Below, piece by piece: positions 57,185 through 64,000 of a stretch of 64,000 nucleotides of DNA. Each line of letters begins with the position of its first letter. Within the stretch, counting starts at the first letter, position 1. The notes under the pieces were generated by a model. That model searched no databases and was not told the DNA's origin. It worked only from the letters and a program-made list of their open reading frames with translations. The position numbers and the translations under genes were made by a program. Origin of the DNA: an uncultured Candidatus Saccharibacteria bacterium (GTDB lineage Bacteria > Patescibacteriota > Dojkabacteria > SC72); NCBI GenBank assembly GCA_964618765.1, contig CAZUDZ010000003.1, positions 18,553 through 82,552 on the forward strand, read 5' to 3'.

Positions 57185-59344
57185 ATGGAATCATCAATAC
57201 TTTCACCTAAATCAATTGCAATAGTTGGGGTATCGGAAAATTCAGAGAAGATAGGGTCTGTTATACTCAAAAACCTCATAACCTCTGAATACAATGGGAG
57301 AATATACCCTGTTAATCCTAAGTATGAAGAGCTACAAGGGAGGAAAGCATATCCTGATATTTTAGCAATTAAAGAAGATATAGATATGGTGTGTATTGCG
57401 ATACCATCCCAATTTGTGGAGGATATTGTAGATCACTGTGTTACTAAAAAGGTCAAAAGTGTTGTAATAATATCTGCAGGATTTAAAGAAGTAGGAGAGC
57501 AGGGCAGGCAGTTAGAGAGAAGAATAGTCACAAAACTTAAGAACAGCGGTATAAGATTAATAGGGCCTAACTGCTTAGGATTCATAAATAACAAAGCAAA
57601 GATTAATCTTACCTTCGCTAGGGAAAATCCTGGTAATGGACAAATTGCCTTTGTCTCTCAATCAGGAGCATTTTGTACTGCGATTTTGGATATGGCTTGT
57701 GAGAAAAATTTAGGCTTTTCTCATGTGGTATCAATAGGTAACAAAGCTGATATACATGAGAATGAGCTTATGGAACTCTTTATTTCAGACAACGATATTA
57801 AGGCAATAGCTCTCTATTTAGAAGAATTTACTGATGGTAAAGAATTTGTCACCCTTTGTCAGAAAGCAAAAAAGCTCATACTCATAGTAGCACCTGGTAG
57901 CTCAGAGAAGACACAGGAAGCCATCTCTTCCCATACTGGATCTCTTGCTTCCTCTTTTGACACTACTATAGCAGCCATTAAGAAAGGGAATATGATCTAT
58001 GCCGAGAACTCAAATGAACTCTTTAAGCTCATGAAGCTTGTCGATCTAAATGTTCTTCCAAAAAGCAGAAAAATTGGAATAGTGACAAACGCTGGAGGTC
58101 CTGGAATTATAGCGGTAGACCAGATTGAGAAGAAAGATATGATTCTTGCTCAAATAGGAGAAAAGACCACTCAGAAACTTCTAAAAGCTCTTCCTCCTGA
58201 AGCCAGTATCTCTAATCCAATAGATATTCTAGGAGATGCTCAAAGTGACAGGTTTGACATCACTATAAATGAGCTACTAAACGAGGTTTCTGTAGATAGC
58301 ATCTTAGTAATACTTACACCCCAACTAATAACAGAAATAGAAGCTACAGCGAATGTAATAATCGAAATAATGAAGAAATCTTCCAAGCCCATATATTCCT
58401 GTTTCCTAGGAGGCAAAGACATCAGGTCTGCAATAAGGATTCTAGAAGAGGGTAATGCTCCTTGGTTTACAGATATTCAAGAAGCTATCAGATTAATATC
58501 GAAATTAGCCGAGTTTGAAGAGAACAAGGAACTTACTAAGGTTGTAGATTGTGAGGAGTACCTTAAAAAACCGAGATATAAAAAAGACATAACCGAATAC
58601 ATGGAAGAAGGTAAGAATACAGTTATACCTGACGAGTTAGGAATAAAGATTTTAGAAGAATTTAAGATTGACACTCCTGTGCAAGCAGTTGTAAGTAGTC
58701 TAGAGCAGGGTATAGATTTCGCTTCTACCATATTCCCAGTTGTAATAAAGGCGACTTCAGAGGACCTTGCACATAAAACAGATTTCAAAGCTCTCTACCT
58801 TGATATTAGGACTATCACTGAGCTTGAAGAGAAGTACAGAGAGCTTAAGGAAACTATTACAAAAACTACAGGGAATGTAGCACCTAAGATACTGGTACAA
58901 CAAATGATTCCTGGGAAATTGGAATTCTTCATAGGCGCAAATAGAGAGGGGGGAGTAGATATATATGAGAAAGAAGGCTTAGGGTTTGGACATCTAATGG
59001 CAATAGGTCAAGGAGGTATATATACTGAGGTTTACGAAGATATCAGACACATATTAGTACCAGAGTGTAGAGAGAAAATAGAGGCAATACTTTCTAAAAC
59101 TAAAGTCTCTCAGATTATAGATGGGTATAGAGGCAAACCTCCACTTGCAAGAGAGAAGATAGTTAATTTAATAATGGATATACAAAAGCTATTAATCTCC
59201 TACCCTGAGATAATAAGTATGGATATAAACCCAGTTATGCTTACAGAACAAAGAGCAGTTGTGGTTGATGCTAAATTCTATGTAGGATATAAACCGACTC
59301 AATTAGAACAGATTGATAAAGAGGATCTTACTGTCATAGAGTAA
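57185..59344 (+). CDS. Acetyl-CoA synthetase (ADP-forming), fused alpha-beta
   Basis: CoA-binding 'IAIVGVSENSEKIGSVILKNL', succinyl-CoA-synthetase-like flavodoxin domain and a C-terminal ATP-grasp; 719 aa. Confidence 0.85.
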   Translation: MESSILSPKSIAIVGVSENSEKIGSVILKNLITSEYNGRIYPVNPKYEELQGRKAYPDILAIKEDIDMVCIAIPSQFVEDIVDHCVTKKVKSVVIISAGFKEVGEQGRQLERRIVTKLKNSGIRLIGPNCLGFINNKAKINLTFARENPGNGQIAFVSQSGAFCTAILDMACEKNLGFSHVVSIGNKADIHENELMELFISDNDIKAIALYLEEFTDGKEFVTLCQKAKKLILIVAPGSSEKTQEAISSHTGSLASSFDTTIAAIKKGNMIYAENSNELFKLMKLVDLNVLPKSRKIGIVTNAGGPGIIAVDQIEKKDMILAQIGEKTTQKLLKALPPEASISNPIDILGDAQSDRFDITINELLNEVSVDSILVILTPQLITEIEATANVIIEIMKKSSKPIYSCFLGGKDIRSAIRILEEGNAPWFTDIQEAIRLISKLAEFEENKELTKVVDCEEYLKKPRYKKDITEYMEEGKNTVIPDELGIKILEEFKIDTPVQAVVSSLEQGIDFASTIFPVVIKATSEDLAHKTDFKALYLDIRTITELEEKYRELKETITKTTGNVAPKILVQQMIPGKLEFFIGANREGGVDIYEKEGLGFGHLMAIGQGGIYTEVYEDIRHILVPECREKIEAILSKTKVSQIIDGYRGKPPLAREKIVNLIMDIQKLLISYPEIISMDINPVMLTEQRAVVVDAKFYVGYKPTQLEQIDKEDLTVIE

Positions 59345-59347
59345 TTA

Positions 59348-61060
59348 TCAAATTCTTTTTGTACTTGCTTCTACAAATCCCATAAATAGGGGATGTGGCT
59401 CTAGAAATCTACTCTTTAATTCTGGGTGATACTGAGTACCAACAAAAAATGGGTGAACCTCTTTTGGTAATTCTACAGCTTCTATTAACATATCATCTGG
59501 ACTCTTCCCTGACAATTTGAATTCTGATTTCTCGAAAATTTCTCTGTATTTATTATTAAACTCATATCTATGCCTATGTCTTTCCATAACAGTAGGAAGA
59601 TCTCTATACATTCCATTTCCATGTTTTTTGTATATACTGTATATCAAAGAATCTTTCTGCAGATCACAAGGCCAGGCCCCTAATCTAATTGTTCCTCCAT
59701 ACTCTTTCTTCTTGATTAATTCTTGTTGCTCATCCATTAAATGTATTACCTGATTTTCTGATTCAGGATCTATCTCTTGGGAATTAGCATTTTCAATCCC
59801 AAGTACATTCCTTGCATATTCGATAGTGGCCATCTGCATACCGTAGCAAAGACCAAGATACGGTATTTTATTTTCTCTAACTAGTTGAACTGCTTTAATC
59901 TTTCCTTCCGCTCCTCTTGAACCCCAACCTTGGGGAATTATGACGCCGTCCATAGAAAGAAGTTCTTTCTGCTTCTCTAAATTACCTTCTAAATCATCTG
60001 CTACTATCCAATGGATCTTAGGTTCTAAAGAGAACTCCCAACAAGCATGATTTATAGCTTCCAAGACAGATACATATGAATCCTTTAGATCAAAATCTCC
60101 ACTCTTGTAGTATTTCCCTACAATACCAATGTTTATACTCCTCTTAGGATTCTTTATCTTCTCAACTTTCTTTTTCCAGTTAGTATACAAAGGAGTACTC
60201 TTAGCTTTCATATCAAGTGCACTTAAGATCTCTTTCCCAATATTTGCACTCTCGAAATTAAGAGGGATATCATATATGCAATCTACATCGGGAGCTGATA
60301 TAACATGGGATTTTTGTACAAAACAGTACCTACTAATTTTCTCTATCCTTTCTTGATCTAAAGAGACTGAAGACCTCGCTATTATGAAATCTGGGTGTAT
60401 ACCAAAACTATTTAGTTTCTGAACAGAAAGCTGTGCAGGTTTCGTTTTCATTTCTCCAAGCATTTGGGGGACAGGGAGGTATGTAACATGAATGTGTATG
60501 ACGTTAGAAGGGTCTGTTAACTTCATGAACTGGTTGGCAGTTAACATCAAACCGTTACCCACCTCCCCAACTGTTCCTCCAATTTCAATTATAGTTACTT
60601 GTACATCATCACTCTTTGCTACTTGCTTAATCCAATCTACAACACTCTCTGGTATGTGATGATCCAAACTAACCCATCTTCCATCGAACTCTAGAGATCT
60701 TTCTTTCTGTATAACTCTTTCTAACACTGCCCCTAAGGTCATAGAATTAGGTCTAGCAAATGATTGGTTTGTAAATCTCTCATATGTCCCAATATCCATA
60801 TCTGTTTCAAAACCATCTTCTAAAACAAAAGTCTCTCCATGCTCAAGAGGATTCATAGTACCAGCGTCAATATTGATATATGGGTCAGCCTTTAACATTG
60901 TGACCTTCTTACCGTACGATTTTAGGATAAAGGCAATAGAGGCTGCAGATACTCCTTTTCCAATTCCAGAAATAACGCCTCCCGAGATAAATATGTATTT
61001 TGACATGTTCTTGTTTTTGAGGTTATTGACCAATCTATCTAAATCAGTGATGAGTGTCAA
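59348..61060 (-). CDS. pyrG: CTP synthase
   Basis: 'KYIFISGGVISGIGKGVSAAS' synthetase P-loop and a C-terminal GATase with 'GLCYGMQ'. Confidence 0.95.
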   Translation of the reverse strand: MTLITDLDRLVNNLKNKNMSKYIFISGGVISGIGKGVSAASIAFILKSYGKKVTMLKADPYINIDAGTMNPLEHGETFVLEDGFETDMDIGTYERFTNQSFARPNSMTLGAVLERVIQKERSLEFDGRWVSLDHHIPESVVDWIKQVAKSDDVQVTIIEIGGTVGEVGNGLMLTANQFMKLTDPSNVIHIHVTYLPVPQMLGEMKTKPAQLSVQKLNSFGIHPDFIIARSSVSLDQERIEKISRYCFVQKSHVISAPDVDCIYDIPLNFESANIGKEILSALDMKAKSTPLYTNWKKKVEKIKNPKRSINIGIVGKYYKSGDFDLKDSYVSVLEAINHACWEFSLEPKIHWIVADDLEGNLEKQKELLSMDGVIIPQGWGSRGAEGKIKAVQLVRENKIPYLGLCYGMQMATIEYARNVLGIENANSQEIDPESENQVIHLMDEQQELIKKKEYGGTIRLGAWPCDLQKDSLIYSIYKKHGNGMYRDLPTVMERHRHRYEFNNKYREIFEKSEFKLSGKSPDDMLIEAVELPKEVHPFFVGTQYHPELKSRFLEPHPLFMGFVEASTKRI

Positions 61061-61094
61061 GTATCCTGTAATTTACTCCCTATTCCAGCACCTT

Positions 61095-61817
61095 CTATCT
61101 ATTTAAATATTTGATTCTTTCATTTTCATTAAATTTCTCTATGGAATAACGCAATGTAGTTCTAGATATTCTACTCCCATATTCATCTAGAAACTCTTTT
61201 AAAACACCAATATCCTCTTTCCCAACCTCTCTTAACATCCAACCCAATGCCTTATGTATTAAATCATGCTTACTGTCTAGTAACAGTTTGTTGAATTCTA
61301 AAATATCTTTAAAATCCTTTCCCTTGATGAACACCATCGTAGAAACAATTGCCACTCTCTGGTTCCAGATACTTTTACTTCTTACTAAATCATAGAGGAA
61401 GGATCTATCCCTTTCCCTCAAATACTCTCCAATAATCTTGTGTGCACTAGCATCTACTAAATTCCAACTATTTACCCATTTGAGATTCTTAACATAGTAA
61501 TCATATATCTCTTTTTTTGATATCTTAACCCCATTCTCTTTTCCGGTATCTTGCTCTTCATACTGATATGTTAGGCACAGCAGAGCAAATAGCCTGTGTT
61601 CATGAATTTTACTAGTAATGAAAAAATCTAAGTCTTCAAGAGAAATCTTGTTTAAATACTTCTTACACAGCCTCCTAATATCTGGCACTGTTACACCAAC
61701 AAACTGATCACCTTCTCCATATTCACCCTTTCCTGTTTTAAAAAATCTTTCTGAATTTTTAGCTCTTTGTTCAGAAGAGAGAGTTACAAAATCCCTTAGT
61801 ATATCTTTTCTTAACAT
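61095..61817 (-). CDS. DNA alkylation repair enzyme (AlkD/AlkC HEAT-like repeat family)
   Basis: 'LSSEQRAKNSERFFKTGKGEYGEGDQFVGVTVPDIRRLCKKY', typical of the DNA_alkylation family. Confidence 0.65.
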   Translation of the reverse strand: MLRKDILRDFVTLSSEQRAKNSERFFKTGKGEYGEGDQFVGVTVPDIRRLCKKYLNKISLEDLDFFITSKIHEHRLFALLCLTYQYEEQDTGKENGVKISKKEIYDYYVKNLKWVNSWNLVDASAHKIIGEYLRERDRSFLYDLVRSKSIWNQRVAIVSTMVFIKGKDFKDILEFNKLLLDSKHDLIHKALGWMLREVGKEDIGVLKEFLDEYGSRISRTTLRYSIEKFNENERIKYLNR

Positions 61818-61928
61818 AGCTCAATATATTACAGAAACAAACAGTATACAACTCTCATTTAGAACATTTCATTTCATCTTGACCTACACTTCAAATCCTG
61901 TAACATGTACTCAGGGTATTTAATATGA

Positions 61929-62045
61929 AAGCGACTGGGCAATGCCAAGGACATTGCTACGAGGTAGGAGCTATCGAGTCATCAGCGGGTACTCCTAGGC
62001 TATATTGTTAGCCTAAAGGTTAAAACAAATAGATAAAAGTTAACC
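61929..62045 (+). ncRNA. glmS ribozyme: Probable glmS ribozyme (GlcN6P-responsive) in the glmS 5' leader
   Basis: P1 hairpin GCAAUG/CAUUGC, then 'ACGAGG', then P2 GGAG...CUCC enclosing 'CUAUCGAGU...CAGCGGG' (B. subtilis: ACGAGGAUGGAGGUUAUCGAAUUUUCGGCGGAUGCCUCC), P3 GGCUA/UAGCC, 'UAAAGG', P4 GGUUAA/UUAACC; 44 nt upstream of glmS. Confidence 0.6.
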
Positions 62046-62088
62046 ATCAATCCCTAAAGACAGAATGTAAATTATTAACTACACTAAC

Positions 62089-63879
62089 ATGTGCGGAATA
62101 TTTGGATACTCAGGAAAAAAAGAAGCTAACGATTTAGTTTTTCAAGGATTAAAAAGATTAGAATACAGAGGATATGATTCATGGGGTATAGCTGTGCTTA
62201 ATCAGAATGAAATATATCAATACAAAGATATTGGTATGGTTAAAGAAGACAGTAAATTAAAAAATCTCCCAAAGAGTAATATCGGATTAGGGCATACAAG
62301 ATGGGCTACCCACGGTGGAGTAACCAAAAGTAATGCTCATCCACATATTGCCACTAGCAAAGATTTCACTCTTGTACAGAATGGAATTGTAGAGAACTTT
62401 GATACTCTTAAAACGCAATTAAAGAAAGAGAAGGAACAGTTTAAATCTCAAACAGATACAGAAGTTATTGTAAAACTAGTAGAGAAAGAGCTTGTAAAAG
62501 GTAAAACTCTTAAAGATGCTTTCATGAAGGCATTTAAAACATTACAGGGAAGGAATACTGTGGCACTACTAGATGCTAAACAGAACAGGATATATGCGAT
62601 TAAAAATGGTTCTCCTTTGGTACTAGGTATATCCAAAGATGGTACATATATTGCATCTGATTCTCTCTCTTTCTCTCCTTACACTAAGAAGATCGTTGTT
62701 CTTGATGACTATGATATGGTTGAGATAGAGGGTTTGGAATACAAAATTAGTAATATTAAGGATGGTAAGATTAAGAAAGCAAATATTAAGACATTAAAGT
62801 ATCAGTACGAGGATATAGATAAGGGGAAGTATGATCACTTCATGCTCAAGGAGATTGCAGAGCAACAGAAAACAATTCTGTATGCTACTGATTACACATC
62901 AAAGGAGTTAGAACCCTTGGTTAAAGCTGTAAAGAAGTCTAGAAAAGTATACCTGTTGGGTGCAGGAACAGCAGGGTTTGCAGCAGGGCAGATAGCATAC
63001 TTTTTAAGAACGATAGCAGGAGTAGATGCTTTAGATATTAAAAGTTATGAATTTAAATCTTTCCTTCCTGTAATCTCTTCAGATGATTTAATAATTGCCA
63101 TCTCTCAAAGTGGAGAGACAGCTGATACCATAGAGCCACTAGAAGTGTTTAAAAAGATGGGATGTAAGATTGCTAGTATAGTGAATATGTATGGAACAAC
63201 AATATCAAGAATGTCTGATTTTGAATACTACATCAACGCAGGACCTGAGATCTGTGTAGCATCTACTAAAGTATTTACAGCACAGAGTGCTTGGGGATAT
63301 CTCTTAGCAATGAGTGTTGTGGGGGAAGAGAAGACAGCTCACAAGAGATTAAAAGAGTTGTCTAAATCTATGGGTACCCTGTTTACACCGAAGAGTTTTG
63401 AATATATTAAGAGTAAGATATGTAGAGCTCTTAAAGATCATGAGCATTTCTTCATACTAGGTAAAGGAGAGAATGCTGCCATAGCGTTTGAGGGAGCATT
63501 AAAAATCAAGGAGATATCTTACAAGCATGTAGAGGGTTTTAGTGCAGGAGAATTAAAGCATGGAGTTATTGCACTAGTTGAGAAGGGGACACCTGTTTTC
63601 GGAATAATACCCTCAAAGGAGAATATAGATGATAGTAAGGATTTAGTAAGTGCAATGGAGCAGGTAAAGGCTAGGGGAGCGTTGACCATAGGGATAGGTT
63701 CTGGGGAATTTTCTAATTTAGAAATTTTTGATTACTACATATCTACTCCTCAAATTAATTCTTTAGGTAGTATTGCAAATGTAGTACCTTTTCAACTCAT
63801 ATCCTACTTCCTCTCTCTGCTTTTAGGTAATAATATAGATAAGCCTAGGAATTTGGCAAAATCTGTGACTGTTAAATAG
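62089..63879 (+). CDS. glmS: Glutamine--fructose-6-phosphate aminotransferase
   Basis: N-terminal nucleophile 'MCGIFGY', GATase type 2 and two SIS domains; 596 aa. Confidence 0.95.
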   Translation: MCGIFGYSGKKEANDLVFQGLKRLEYRGYDSWGIAVLNQNEIYQYKDIGMVKEDSKLKNLPKSNIGLGHTRWATHGGVTKSNAHPHIATSKDFTLVQNGIVENFDTLKTQLKKEKEQFKSQTDTEVIVKLVEKELVKGKTLKDAFMKAFKTLQGRNTVALLDAKQNRIYAIKNGSPLVLGISKDGTYIASDSLSFSPYTKKIVVLDDYDMVEIEGLEYKISNIKDGKIKKANIKTLKYQYEDIDKGKYDHFMLKEIAEQQKTILYATDYTSKELEPLVKAVKKSRKVYLLGAGTAGFAAGQIAYFLRTIAGVDALDIKSYEFKSFLPVISSDDLIIAISQSGETADTIEPLEVFKKMGCKIASIVNMYGTTISRMSDFEYYINAGPEICVASTKVFTAQSAWGYLLAMSVVGEEKTAHKRLKELSKSMGTLFTPKSFEYIKSKICRALKDHEHFFILGKGENAAIAFEGALKIKEISYKHVEGFSAGELKHGVIALVEKGTPVFGIIPSKENIDDSKDLVSAMEQVKARGALTIGIGSGEFSNLEIFDYYISTPQINSLGSIANVVPFQLISYFLSLLLGNNIDKPRNLAKSVTVK

Positions 63880-63931
63880 TGAATATTTAGTTTACAATAT
63901 ATTTGTAGATTTAAATTTTAATATTAAATAT

Positions 63932-64000
63932 ATGGAAGAAGAAGTAGTAAGTAGTAGTGAAGAGGTAGTAAGTAGTAAGGAGGTGGAGAAAAAGGGTTCT
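63932..64000 (+). CDS. 5' end of an ORF with an acidic/Ser-rich low-complexity N-terminus (partial)
   Basis: ATG then (EEVVSS)x2 repeats, running off the window edge. Confidence 0.25.
   Translation, partial: MEEEVVSSSEEVVSSKEVEKKGS

Noticed and set aside
63932-64000. Tandem GTAGTAAGTAGTA-type repeats near the window end as a possible CRISPR/VNTR
   Set aside because: They are in-frame (EEVVSS)n codons at the start of a partial ORF. There is no spacer-repeat architecture and no cas genes. No CRISPR array is seen anywhere in the window.
1-64000. Mobile elements (integrase, transposase, IS inverted repeats, prophage genes)
   Set aside because: No ORF shows integrase, transposase or phage structural motifs. 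The tRNA genes are not followed by recognisable att-like repeats.

Overview
This is a gene-dense (~90% coding), low-GC (~35%) bacterial chromosomal segment. It encodes a minimal housekeeping core with no biosynthetic pathways and an anaerobic, fermentative energy module, which fits a small-genome anaerobe, possibly a Patescibacteria/CPR-like lineage (inference only; no taxonomic search was possible).

- **Segregation and secretion:** parAB and signal peptidase I.
- **Translation and RNA modification:** gatB-gatC, with gatA unlinked (the ORF track places gatB upstream of gatC), ribosomal protein L19 (rplS), 16S rRNA methyltransferase RsmI (rsmI), methionine aminopeptidase (map), and eight dispersed tRNAs (Glu, Leu, Thr, Gly x2, Lys, Gln, Pro).
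- **DNA metabolism:** dnaE, uvrB, uvrC, mutL, lexA, rnhB, a HelD-like helicase, a DnaQ-like exonuclease and an AlkD-like glycosylase.
- **Nucleotide supply:** an nrdR-nrdD-nrdG anaerobic ribonucleotide reductase operon.
- **Central metabolism:** trxB, pyrG, glmS, cofactor-independent phosphoglycerate mutase, and a two-subunit 2-oxoacid:ferredoxin oxidoreductase adjacent to an ADP-forming acetyl-CoA synthetase.

The observations most worth a second look:
1. The class III RNR gene is split: the canonical glycyl-radical motif (RVVGY...WNVGKQ) lies in a separate 45-codon ORF in another frame, between nrdD and nrdG, and is missing from the ORF track.
2. A near-consensus NrdR box lies upstream of nrdR.
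3. A probable glmS ribozyme lies in the 5' leader of glmS.
4. A four-gene minus-strand unit runs DUF5320 - DUF134 - LemA - DUF2207.
5. A six-gene minus-strand operon of envelope/secreted proteins runs GH73-like hydrolase, YggT-like, cupin-like, cysteine-less transglutaminase-like, and two small membrane proteins, facing a DUF4214/XRE pair.
6. A GH18 chitinase-like protein and an M23 peptidase sit directly downstream of gatA.
7. A Fic-domain protein has a degenerate active-site motif.
8. Two long imperfect hairpins flank a lipoprotein gene next to trxB.

No CRISPR array, integrase, transposase or rRNA was found.
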